The translations under genes and the position numbers were made by a program. The notes beneath the pieces are model-generated. The model had not been told where the DNA came from. It ran no database searches and saw only the letters and a program-made list of their open reading frames with translations. DNA of 64,000 nt from Chloropicon primus (taxonomy: Eukaryota): assembly GCA_023205875.1 (NCBI GenBank), contig CP060761.1, positions 372,001 through 436,000 of the forward strand, read 5' to 3'. Positions 1-9,970 of the stretch are shown in pieces; within the stretch, counting starts at the first letter, position 1; the number at the start of each line of letters is the position of its first letter.

Positions 1-1012
1 CCTCCACGTACATCTTTAAGGAAGAAGTCAAGGTCTGGGTCAGAAAGTCCGTCGCCTTCTTGCCATCCTGGGACGGGCCCTTGTATTCGACGTCCAGGCA
101 CTTCGTCAAGGGGCGATCCCCCGTCTCGATCATCCTGACGAACAAGTCGTGCTTGCTGAGGATGAGGACGATCGGGATTCCAGAAGTCTTCTTTGTGGCG
201 AACGTGGTCGCGAAGAGGTCCTTGGAGTACTCCATGGAGATGTCCGACCTCTGCCCGTGATTGAGATAAGAGTAGTAGTCGTCCCCTACGCCTCTGCCCG
301 GAGCGCTCTCCGAAAAATCCGTCATGGCTACAAAGTACAAAATGCCATCGCAGTTCTTCAGCAGATACTCCCACCTCTTCCTCTCTACGTTCGTACCCCC
401 CACGTCCACGAACTCGAGCCAAACTTCCCTCGTTTGCTTGAGATCGTGGACACCCTTCCGGCTCCCCTGGTCCACCATAATATGCCTAATAATGTACTCG
501 CACAGGCCCGTCGTCGGCTTCCTGCAGATGAAGATGTCCTCCTTGCTCGGCTCATAGTCCTTCCTGAATATCCTCCGCACGCTGTCAAAATACATGTAGT
601 CCCAAGGAGCGTTATAGTAAACATCTTTCACGGCCTCCTGGATCACTGCAAGGGTTCCTATGTCCACAGCAGCGTCAAGAACCTCCTGCACGAACGAGTT
701 GTTCTCGTCCGTGTACTCAAAGTCAGCCACGGCTGCACTCTCCAGCATAGAAAAACTTTTCTGTAGGTCTTCGCTCTCCTCCAACGCAGCAACAACTTCA
801 GCCCGTCCCTTGAGGCTCACCAACCGATGCAAGATGTTGGCCTGGATGTGCTTCCTGAACTCCCTCCGCATGGAGTCGGTAAACCCTCCGAGGTAAGACT
901 CCACAATTTGTTTACAAAACGTTGTCTTCCCACTTCCTACATTCCCAAGGAGTATAATGCGACGGGTCGTCTCGGGAGGCTTGTTGCCTCCTCGTCCCAG
1001 GCAGAACACCAT
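1..1012 (-). CDS. Atypical heterotrimeric G-protein alpha-like subunit, paralog 1 (3' end runs off window)
   Basis: Not in ORF track because the stop lies outside the window. Hand translation from ATG 1012: MVFCLGRGGNKPPETTRRIILLGNVGSGKTTFCKQ...DIFICRKPTTG...EFVDVGGTNVERKRW...PIVLILSKHD. It has G1/G2/G3/G4-like boxes with a helical insertion and is colinear with paralog 2. Confidence 0.85.
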   Translation of the reverse strand, partial: MVFCLGRGGNKPPETTRRIILLGNVGSGKTTFCKQIVESYLGGFTDSMRREFRKHIQANILHRLVSLKGRAEVVAALEESEDLQKSFSMLESAAVADFEYTDENNSFVQEVLDAAVDIGTLAVIQEAVKDVYYNAPWDYMYFDSVRRIFRKDYEPSKEDIFICRKPTTGLCEYIIRHIMVDQGSRKGVHDLKQTREVWLEFVDVGGTNVERKRWEYLLKNCDGILYFVAMTDFSESAPGRGVGDDYYSYLNHGQRSDISMEYSKDLFATTFATKKTSGIPIVLILSKHDLFVRMIETGDRPLTKCLDVEYKGPSQDGKKATDFLTQTLTSSLKMYVE

Positions 1013-1847
1013 TCTGCTTTCACTGACTCACGAAATACACAACCCCCCCAAAAGAGAGAAAAGTGGCTGCCAGCCTCTTCAACACTTCATGTTCTGGCCA
1101 TGCACCAAACCAAACCAAACCAAACCAGCACAAGCTTGTCCACTCCACGAGGCAGGCGAAGAACCCCAAAGGTCAAGGTGAAAAGGGAAGCGGAGCGGGC
1201 CAGGAGACAATAAGAGAAAGAGGAAGGGAGTCAAGTCAAGGCCGCGTCTTGGTTGGTCCGTTCCGTTTCTTTCCCGTCGTTTCCGTCGTACCGTCGCGGA
1301 GTCGAGGAGGTCGGAATTTTTTTTCTGTTGTTAGCTTGATTCCATTCGAAGGAGGGAATCAAGTCTAGAGGAGGCCAGCGCAGCGTGGGTGGGTGGGGAT
1401 GCAGCAGGATGGCAGGCAAGGGTTTGCGGATCCCGATGGCGGGATGAATGGATTGGGTTTGGTTTGGTCTCTCTTCCGTCTGTCTGTCTTGAGGCAGGAC
1501 GGTGACGGAATCAATGGCAGGGGTGCGGGGGAGGGAGGGGGGGAAGGAACCCGTGATGCATCTCTCACGAGGAGACTGAGAGGATTATAATCCTGTGTCA
1601 GTCGGTGCGTCTGCGATTGATCCGTCTCTGTCTCTCTCGGCGTGACTAACAATATATTATAGTGATACCTAATTCTTGCTTATACAACTTTGCAAGACAA
1701 GTAATCTTAAATGTTACACGTTCTCAAGCGAAGCGGCCCACGACCACCCTGACGCACCTCAAAAGAGTGCGCGGGCATCAGAACAAGGGCACGCTCTTTC
1801 GCTACCCGCCATTCGCATTCTCACGAGCGTACACGCGCCCGCGCGCT

Positions 1848-3272
1848 TTAGTTCCAGTGGTAAGACTTGGACCTCACAATTCCCTGTACGGAGTTCCTAG
1901 CGTCCCTTCTCCGTTGCAAATTCAACGAGTTGTTGCCTGAAATAAGTTCCTCAACCGAGGCCGTTCCAGATCCCCTCGCGTTGATCGGTATGCCCGTCAG
2001 GACACTGATTGACCTCCTGAAGTTCAGTTTCTGCTTGGCCTTGCTCTTCGGCGTCCCCGGCATGTGCATGTTCCCTAAATCTGTGATACTTGCTCGGTGC
2101 GTCTTAACGGCCTGCCTTTTCATGATCATTTCCTGCGCAGAGGACTTTCTCACCTGGCCGCTCTTGCTGTACTTCTCGATCGACGTGATGTCCTGCAGAG
2201 CGAACGTTATCTTGTCCCAGATGCGGTTGAAGATCAACGCGAAGTTGGTCTTGCTCGTCAGGTTCTGTCGCAAGATGGGCATTCTCTCCAGCTTCGACTC
2301 TAACATCTTGCTATTCAGCGAGTTCTTGATCTTTGACTTGATCTGCGACGTGAGGAACGCGCAAGCGGTCTCATAGTCCCCGTCGGCTCCCTTGTACTCG
2401 GGAAAGCACTCGCGCATCGAGGGGCTGTTGTCCTCGATCATTTTCCGAAACAGGTCCACCTTCGTTTCCAGGAGAACGATCGGGATGTGCCTCGTCTTTG
2501 GAATGATAAAGTTCTCCTTGAAGAGCTCCTGGGTGTACTTGAGGTTGCACTTGTCGTTGTCACTCAAGTATGAATAGTAGTCCTGCACGGCCCCTTCTTT
2601 GCCGGCGTAGTCGGTCATGGACACCAAATACAGTATCCCGTCGGCAAGCTCGATCTGCTTCTCCCAGCTCTTCCTCTCGCTCCTCTGGCCCCCGACGTCA
2701 ATTACTTCAATGATGACCTCCTGCCTGATCGTCTTATTCCCTTTGGCTTGCACGTGCAAGTGCCTAATGATGTACTCGCAAGAGCCCGTAGTCGGTTTCC
2801 GGCAAGTGAAGATGTCCTCCTTGCTCGGCTCGTAGTCGTTCTTGAAGATCCTCCGAACGTCCCTGAAGTACTTGAAGTCCCATGGCGCACTCAGGTACAG
2901 CGCGTTGCAGATCTCTTGCACTACCTTGTGCTCGCCCACGTACACGGCGGAGTCCAGAACTTCCTGGACGAAGGAGTTGCTCTCGTCGTCCGAGTAGTCA
3001 AAGTCCGCCACCGTGGCGTTCTGCAGCACCATGAAGTTCCTTTTGAACTCCTCGTCCTCCTCGAGCGTGTCTGAAAACTCCTCGAAACTCTGCATGGCCA
3101 CCATTCTGTGCAAGATGTTGGCCTGGATGTGCTTCCTGAACTCCCACTTCATGCTCTTCGAGAACCCTCCCAGGTACGAGTCCACTATCTGTTTGCAGAA
3201 AGTGGTCTTCCCGCTACCGACGTTCCCAAGGAGAACGATGCGGTAATAGTTTTTGCTCGCGCAGATACCCAT
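1848..3272 (-). CDS. Atypical heterotrimeric G-protein alpha-like subunit, paralog 2
   Basis: Likely start MGICASK (Gly2/Cys4 lipidation pattern). Motifs GNVGSGKTT, CRKPTTG, DVGGQRSERKSW, LLETKVD, then a basic Ser-rich C-terminal tail. TGTAA signal downstream (~1714-1718, minus). Confidence 0.9.
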   Translation of the reverse strand: MGICASKNYYRIVLLGNVGSGKTTFCKQIVDSYLGGFSKSMKWEFRKHIQANILHRMVAMQSFEEFSDTLEEDEEFKRNFMVLQNATVADFDYSDDESNSFVQEVLDSAVYVGEHKVVQEICNALYLSAPWDFKYFRDVRRIFKNDYEPSKEDIFTCRKPTTGSCEYIIRHLHVQAKGNKTIRQEVIIEVIDVGGQRSERKSWEKQIELADGILYLVSMTDYAGKEGAVQDYYSYLSDNDKCNLKYTQELFKENFIIPKTRHIPIVLLETKVDLFRKMIEDNSPSMRECFPEYKGADGDYETACAFLTSQIKSKIKNSLNSKMLESKLERMPILRQNLTSKTNFALIFNRIWDKITFALQDITSIEKYSKSGQVRKSSAQEMIMKRQAVKTHRASITDLGNMHMPGTPKSKAKQKLNFRRSISVLTGIPINARGSGTASVEELISGNNSLNLQRRRDARNSVQGIVRSKSYHWN

Positions 3273-4782
3273 GATGATATCGACGAACCCCCCACCCCCT
3301 CTAACCCCCCCCTCTCGATCCCTCTGCCCTCCCCTCCCCTCTCTCTTCCTTTCGTAGGGGAACAACCAAAACCAAATTGCGTTGAAGTCTGGAGCTTCAC
3401 ATAACAAACACACACACACACACGCTCTCTCTCTCTCTCTCTCTTCTTCTTCTTCTTCTTCTTCACTGGTGACGCTCCTTCCTCCTCCTGACTTGTGAGT
3501 CAAGGCCAAACCTTGTCTCCTTGCTCCCTTCAAAGGGATGCTCAACAAGACCAAGTGTGCCCCTTGAGGGTGAAAGAGCAAGTCTCCCCTTCCGACCTCC
3601 TGGACTGGCAAATGGCACGTCCTTTCGTCTCAGCACACCACTTGTCCTGTCCCCACCTCACTCACTCACTCACTCTCACTCTCTCTCTCTCTCCAGTGTC
3701 AATACCAAGGGCAAGGAGTGTGACGGTTGGACACCCTCCTCCGAGCCAAAGCCACCCCTTGACCCCGCCTCTGGGTTGTTCTCCTTCTCCCCCTGGTGGT
3801 GTCCTCGGGCAACGCAGCAAAGCACAAGGCTTGACCACCTTGGTGTCGGTCCCACCCACCGAGTTGACCTCGACTCGACTTGACCTGACCTTAGGGGTCC
3901 TTGTCCTTGGGTGTGTGCGCGCCCAAGGTGAGGGCTTCTCTCCTACTCAGCAAGGACGAGGACAGGAGTGGCTGCGGAGTGAAGGTGAAGTGAAGGTATT
4001 TTAGGTGAACAAGATGGAGGGAAGGTGAAGGTGACCTAAAAAGTGACCTAAAAGGTGATCTCGCGCCTTTGATCAGGAGAAAGGAAGTTCCCTTAACCAA
4101 CTCCACTTTCTCTTCTCAGGATTCCAGAGGATCTTACAACCTCACAAGAAGAAGGAAAGGAAAAAAGAAGTCTACTACAAACGTAGGAACTCCCAAGGAC
4201 TCCCAAGTCAGAGAGGGAGATCCGTCTTGGTACGAAGAGAATGGATCAATGGATGAATTGATCAGAGAGTACGACGCAGTTTCATTGGTTCAAACTCCTC
4301 CTTCCCTTCCCTTGGTACTCGTCTTTGTCTTTATCTTTTGCCTTTGTCCATCGTCTCGTCCGTGGATTGACTGACTCGTCGTAGATTGACTTCTTAGATG
4401 GAACACATGGCACTACAGCAGTTCCTAGGGTTTCGAGGGGAGGAGAGAAAGTAAACGGATGGGAGGGAGGACGATGGATGTGCGATGGCGCCATGCGATG
4501 CCATGCGATGCCATGCGATGGGTGGAGCACTTCCATCCCAAGCTTTTGTTGGAGCTGCCTGATCAAAACGATTGGATTGCACTCTTCGTCCCAACGCGCA
4601 GGGGAGGGGGGGGAAAGCCATCCGATATGCACCGACGCCGGGCGCTTCGCCTTGGCCGAGTCGGGTTTCTTGTGTCGTCGTCTTCGTCAGTCGTTAGTAA
4701 TTACTAAGAAGAGAATTACAAAGGCAGTACGGGCGCTTGACCCGCCGCTCGCAACAAGTTACACGATCTTAGGTTCCTCCCT

Positions 4783-5592
4783 TTATGCAGCTGCCTCCTC
4801 GGCTTCTGGCGCGGGCTCCTCCTCCTTCACTTTCAGACCTTCGATCTGCGAAACGAGTCACACAGCGAAGGCAAAGGAAGGGAGAGAAAAAGAGAGAGTC
4901 AGCAAGAAGGGTCACTGTGGGCGGAGGTCCTCCTCCGGTCCTCCAACGATTCAGGGCTCCAAAGGAAGGCTGGCTCTCCGAGTCGGTGCCGTCAAGGTAC
5001 CCCCGTCGGGCGCGAGAGTGCAGCTAAAGCTGTCACGAAAAGGGACTCACCTCCGCCTGAAGCTTCTCAATTGTGGCCTTGGCGTCCTCAAGTTGCTTTT
5101 CTACGCTCTCCTTTTCAGCTACGAGCGCGTCGTGCTCCTCCTTGGTTGGAGCTCCGAGCGAAGTCTTCAAGAACCTGGAAGAATCAAAATCAATGCACCG
5201 AGTCAGGAAGCTGCAGCACGCACACAAAGAGAGAGATTAGATGCCGAGAGCAAGAACTTACTCCAATCCAGACACTGGCTTATCCGGCTCCTCGTAGAGA
5301 CTGACCAGGGCTGCAGAAGAAGAGAGAAAAGTCAGACACCACGGTCAGCCTTCGTCAAGCACACACTTTTTGACGTCAAGGCGGGGACTTTTCTTTCCCT
5401 TCGTTTCTCGACCCCCTTGAATCCTCTCCCTCTCTCTGCAGTGCCATGCTTCCTGGGTGAAGAGGATGGAGTCACGGCACTGAGGCACAGAAAGACAGAG
5501 GTCTTGGATCCCTTTGCCTTACCTTTGGTAATAGCGTCAATGACGCCAGCACCTTCCAAGTATTTTCTGAAAGCATCTTTCTTGGATTCCAT
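4783..5592 (-). CDS. MYCBP: c-Myc-binding protein / FAP174-like (4 exons: 5592-5523, 5310-5262, 5174-5051, 4845-4783)
   Basis: GT-AG splicing joins MESKKDAFRKYLEGAGVIDAITK-ALVSLYEEPDKPVSGLE-FLKTSLG...coiled coil, matching the MYCBP/AMY-1 consensus. TGTAA follows the stop. Confidence 0.85.
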
Positions 5593-5654
5593 CGCGGCGG
5601 GGTTGAGTGTGAGTGTGATGCAAAAAACAAAAATCAAAAACTGGTGAATGAGGT

Positions 5655-5703
<49 letters not shown>

Positions 5704-6195
5704 GACAGGTCAACAGACGACAGACGACCTTCTCCCTCTGCCTCTCTCGCTCTCTCTTGTCTTGGGAAGGTTTCCGTTAGTGGACCCAGGGAAACGAACG
5801 TCATAGAAAACCGAAACGTAAACGAGTTGCGTTTCGGGGACTATAAATAATGTCTTACGTAGAAACACATGGCACCACAGCACTCGGAGAATTTAAACTA
5901 TTTCCGGAAGAGAAGAGACGCGGGATGAAGAGGAAGGCTTGATCAAGGACGAGGATGGTGATGGACATATGGATGACATCCATCCCTCCATCTCCTCCAT
6001 CTCCTCCCTCCTCTTGTTGTTGTTTTGGGATTGGATATTGGATCGACACCATCCGAGCAGGAGGAGCATCCATCACTCTATACATCCGGTGTGTTCGTCT
6101 TCTTATTACAGTTGTCCTCAGCCCTTCTCCTCTGCCGGCATAGCTTTTATAAGGTGTTACAAAAAATTTTGCGCGTTCTCTCTCTCTTCAGCAGC

Positions 6196-7836
6196 TCAGT
6201 ACGGCTGGTACCTCCTGTTCGCTTGATCATCCTGCTGCTTCCCGTATCCTCCGTGGCCGCCGTAGGACCCACCCTGGCCCTGGGAGTACTGGGATCCCCC
6301 CATGGGGTTGCCCATGTACGACTGCTGCTGGTGATAATATTGCTGCTGCTGCTGCTGCTGCTGGTGATAATATTGCTGCTGCTGCTGATACATTTGGGGT
6401 GGGTTGCCATACGAGCTGTAAGGAGCCTGCTGCTGAGAGTAGTGCTGTTGCTGCGGAGGAGGCCCGCCCCCCGAATTCCGGGGCGGGTTTGCTTGGTCCA
6501 CCGCCACGGGGTGGCCTGGCCTCAGCTCGTGAACGGGCTGGGCGAAAACGGCGGAGAGACTCGAGGGGTCCTCGTACGTCACGAAGCAGAAGTTCCTGTC
6601 CCTGCCGGAGAAGTTGTCCTTGGGGATGAACACCCTCTGGATCGCCCCGTACTGGCTGAAGTGCGACCTCACCTCCTCCTCGGTGCACTGGGGGGGGAGC
6701 TTTCCGACGAAGAGCCTCACGTGGGCGTTGCTCACCGCTTCCGCGTGCCTTTGCGCCCCCCTGCTGTTGTACGCGCCCCCCTGGGGAGGGGCGCTCCCGT
6801 AAGGCCCCCCCCTCCCTCCCTGGTAGCTGTCCCCCGGGTAGCCCCCGCGGCCATACCCTCCTCCGTAACCCCCGCCTCCGTACCCGCCGGACCTCGGGCC
6901 GCCGTAACCCCCGCCCCCACCTCCTCCGCCGCCTCCCCTGTGCTTTGCCCGGTCCACCGACACCGTGTGCCCCTCTTGGACCACGTGCTGCTGGGTCTCC
7001 AGGGCCGCCTCGGCGCACGAGCTCAGCGCAAAGGTCAAGAAGGCGATGCCTCTGTGCGACCCGTGGGAACCCCCTTGCCTCGGCATGAAAAAGTCTTCGA
7101 TGTCACCAAACTTACTGAAGTACGACTTCACGGTCTCACCCTCGAGGTCCGGGCTGATCTTCGCGATGAAGATCCTCCTGTCCAAGTTCTTGTTCTGCTC
7201 CGCAGCTCTGGAGAAACCCCTCTGGCTGCCCGAGCCAGAACCCTCCCTCGGCGGGAACTTCTGCCCCCTGTGCTCCTCCGCCTTGGGAATCGCTGGCTTG
7301 ATGTCTATCGTCCGCCCGTCAATCTCGAACGTGCCACTCGACTCGATCGCTTTCTTCACCTGATCGTCCTCGGCAAACGTCACAAAGGCGAAGCCCTTGC
7401 TCCTCCCCGTCACCTTGTCCCTCACCAGCTGCGCGTCCTGGATGATCCCGAACCTCTCCTGCATGTGCCTCCACAAGTCACTCTCTCCAAGAGCGTACGG
7501 AAGACCGAGCACCGCGATCTTTCGAGAGCTCGGCTCCTCCCGATCCCCTTCGCCGCCATCCCCCTTCACCTCCCCCTCCTTGGCCTCTCCTCCCGATGCC
7601 TCCTTCGTTGCTTCGTTCTCTTTCTTCTCTTCAGGCTTCGCTCCAGGAGTCTCGTCCGCTCCAAGACCCTCGTCAGAAGGAGGCACGACACCTTCCCCTT
7701 GCTCGCCTTGCTCCGCCGCCGCCGCCTCGTCCCCCTCCGCCCCTCCAGCGTTGTCCACAAGAACCTGCTGCTCTTCCTCTTGGGCACCTTCCGCCATCTC
7801 GCTCTTCGACGCCTCAGACCTCCTCGTGACCACCAT
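6196..7836 (-). CDS. hnRNP A/Musashi-like RNA-binding protein with 3 RRMs, Gly/Tyr- and Gln-rich low-complexity regions
   Basis: RNP1 motifs KGFAFVTF, RGIAFLTF, RNFCFVTY; GY/RGG linker; C-terminal RRYQPY PY-NLS. Start uncertain (7836 or 7797). Confidence 0.85.
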   Translation of the reverse strand: MVVTRRSEASKSEMAEGAQEEEQQVLVDNAGGAEGDEAAAAEQGEQGEGVVPPSDEGLGADETPGAKPEEKKENEATKEASGGEAKEGEVKGDGGEGDREEPSSRKIAVLGLPYALGESDLWRHMQERFGIIQDAQLVRDKVTGRSKGFAFVTFAEDDQVKKAIESSGTFEIDGRTIDIKPAIPKAEEHRGQKFPPREGSGSGSQRGFSRAAEQNKNLDRRIFIAKISPDLEGETVKSYFSKFGDIEDFFMPRQGGSHGSHRGIAFLTFALSSCAEAALETQQHVVQEGHTVSVDRAKHRGGGGGGGGGGYGGPRSGGYGGGGYGGGYGRGGYPGDSYQGGRGGPYGSAPPQGGAYNSRGAQRHAEAVSNAHVRLFVGKLPPQCTEEEVRSHFSQYGAIQRVFIPKDNFSGRDRNFCFVTYEDPSSLSAVFAQPVHELRPGHPVAVDQANPPRNSGGGPPPQQQHYSQQQAPYSSYGNPPQMYQQQQQYYHQQQQQQQQYYHQQQSYMGNPMGGSQYSQGQGGSYGGHGGYGKQQDDQANRRYQPY

Positions 7837-8031
7837 ACCTGTCGACCGACCCACCGTTCGAAAGAGCGCGAGACAAGCTTTCCAATGAACCCTTCTTCGA
7901 TCACTTTCGACCTCGTTCTCGTCCGCTATCCCTCCTCGAACTTTTGCCTCTCCTCTTGTCTCCCCTCGGTCGCGGCTTCCCACTGCTCACTGTCGAGACG
8001 GTGGCCACAAGGGGGCGGCGGGGCCAACTGG

Positions 8032-8300
8032 AGGTGAGTCTTGGCGCGATTAGGCGCAAAGGGGGACAAGGGAAGCGAGCATGGCGCACGTCGATGAAAA
8101 TATCGTGTCATGCTCTTTCGAATGACTATCTGGTTGAAGGGAATGGAAAAATGTGGAGCATGGAGTTAACCAAAACGTTTGCTTTTCTGTTGCTACTTGC
8201 CAGGGATAGGTGAGTCTTGGCGCGATTAGGCGAGATGGAGGCCAAGAGAAGCGAGGATGGCGCACGTCGATGAAGAGATCACCTCCTTGGCTTTCGAATG
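8032..8300. repeat. Imperfect direct duplication (~90 bp conserved, 176-bp period) between divergent genes
   Basis: AGGTGAGTCTTGGCGCGATTAGGCG...ATGGCGCACGTCGATGAA...CTTTCGAATG occurs at 8032 and 8208. Confidence 0.9.
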
Positions 8301-8429
8301 CGCTGGCGCTCGAAGGAATCGAACCGACAGTGAGGACGGCGGACTGAATAACTTGGCTTGTGTTTCTGTTCTGTGAACTCGGTGGCTCGGTGAAGAAGTG
8401 GAGGGGAGGAGAGGACTGGACCTCTTGCG

Positions 8430-9785
8430 ATGCAGAGGGTTTCGGCACGAGGCGTGCCACTGGATAAGTTCGATGGAATTGCTGTGAATGTGGGCCAGGA
8501 GGCCCTCAAAGCCATGGCTGCGGCTGGGTTGAGGCCGCCGGAGGGGGAGGAGGAAGCCCCCGAGATATACCTTCTGAAGGTGGTTTCGTCCTCCGCGCTT
8601 GGGGGTGGGCCCCTTGGATCGCGCCAACTGATCGCTACGTCCCTCAGTGACTTCACTGTCCACGTGCTGGAGAGGAGGGGGGGGGAGCTTCACCCCGTCT
8701 GCAGGTTCAGGGCTCACGACGCCCCGGTGACCGACCTTCTCTTTTTCCCGGGCCCAAGTCCGACGCTGATGACGGCGTCAGAGGACGGGCTGGCGAAGAC
8801 TTGGGACCTCAGCAGGTCCCTTGCGAGCGGGAGCGACGCCCAATGCGTGAATCAGGTGGCTTGTGACGGGAGGCGGAGCCCCGTTTGGAGCATAAGCGCC
8901 AGCAAGTCTGGCGAGCTCCTCGCGGCTGCCACCCAACAAGGCGTCTTGATCTGGAGGAAGGTCGTGGACAAGAGGCATGGCCTCAAGTGGAAGAAGCACG
9001 TGGCCCTCGAGGAATCGTTTTGCGACGTAGTCACACAGGTTCTGTTCCACCCTGACGAGTCCTCCAGCGGAATCGGCGCGGGACCCCCAATAGTTCTCGC
9101 GGCGTGCGGAGAGGACGGCCTCGTGTGCTTGTTCGACCTGAACAAGGGCCCAGACGAGGACGAGAACCTCCTTGCCGTCCTTAACGCGGATAGCTCGATC
9201 GCCCAGGTCGGTTTTTTTGGACAAAGACAAGGTGGCTTCCTTTGGTGCCGAACGAACGACGAAACGTTTAGGGCGTGGAATTGGACGAAGGCCTGCGTAT
9301 CCCAAGAGGAGGTGGGCAGGGACGTGACCATGGGAGAGAGCGAAGAAGAGTCCGAGGTTTCCAGCATGAGGGACGCCAGGAAGAACTTGACCGAAAGCCT
9401 CTCTCGCTCCGCTCCTTCTGCCAAGATTGATTACCTCGTGGACTGCCACTGGGACACCTCGAGCGCGGAGCTCAGGCTCTGCGGAGGCAACACTTCCGGG
9501 CAGCTCTTTCTCTTCCAGCTCGCTGTGGAAGCCTTCGATCACGGCAAGGGGGAAGCGATGGTGAGGTTCAGCAGCCCCAAGGACATTAAGCCTCTTCGTT
9601 CTCTCTGCGGGGGGGGTCACCGCTCCGTCGTGCGGTCCATGGACAGCTCCCACGCCCCCGACTGGTACTTGACCTGCGGAGAGGACGGCATCTTGTGCCA
9701 GTGGACCCCTTCGCGGAAAGGTTACGGGGGCTCGTCCGGAGTTGCGCCCCCGAACCGAGCGATGAGCCGATACAGGCCGTACTGA
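8430..9785 (+). CDS. WDR89: WD40 protein, WDR89/GTS1-like
   Basis: WD repeats (TASEDGLAKTWD; GGHRSVVR...TCGEDGILCQW), 'DGLVCLFD...DEDENLLAVLN', 'IDYLVDC', C-terminal RYRPY. Confidence 0.75.
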   Translation: MQRVSARGVPLDKFDGIAVNVGQEALKAMAAAGLRPPEGEEEAPEIYLLKVVSSSALGGGPLGSRQLIATSLSDFTVHVLERRGGELHPVCRFRAHDAPVTDLLFFPGPSPTLMTASEDGLAKTWDLSRSLASGSDAQCVNQVACDGRRSPVWSISASKSGELLAAATQQGVLIWRKVVDKRHGLKWKKHVALEESFCDVVTQVLFHPDESSSGIGAGPPIVLAACGEDGLVCLFDLNKGPDEDENLLAVLNADSSIAQVGFFGQRQGGFLWCRTNDETFRAWNWTKACVSQEEVGRDVTMGESEEESEVSSMRDARKNLTESLSRSAPSAKIDYLVDCHWDTSSAELRLCGGNTSGQLFLFQLAVEAFDHGKGEAMVRFSSPKDIKPLRSLCGGGHRSVVRSMDSSHAPDWYLTCGEDGILCQWTPSRKGYGGSSGVAPPNRAMSRYRPY

Positions 9786-9970
9786 GGTGGCCGCTGCCGA
9801 CCCAAGGGGATGGCCCGGGGGGGCTCGCCGTAGAACGAGAAAGGGTTGCACATCATACCCCCCTTGTTCACCGTGTGTTTGTATGACTAATGTAAAGTAA
9901 TATTTGATAAGTTTAATTGCTTCAAGGCGGCGAGCGTGTCGGTAAATGTTGCACGAACCGTGTCTCACGC

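Noticed and set aside
3273..3611. N-terminal extension of G-alpha paralog 2 in the ORF track (XLG-like)
   Set aside because: Made of (GA)n/(GT)n/(GAA)n microsatellites typical of UTR or intron sequence here; MGICASK is the credible start.
4478..5647. 389-aa plus-strand ORF
   Set aside because: Lies antisense across the exons and introns of MYCBP; no recognisable domain.
6025..8037. 670-aa plus-strand ORF
   Set aside because: Antisense shadow of the RRM gene; poly-Leu mirrors poly-Gln. The same applies to other long antisense ORFs (37372, 40245, 51583, 53206, 57958).
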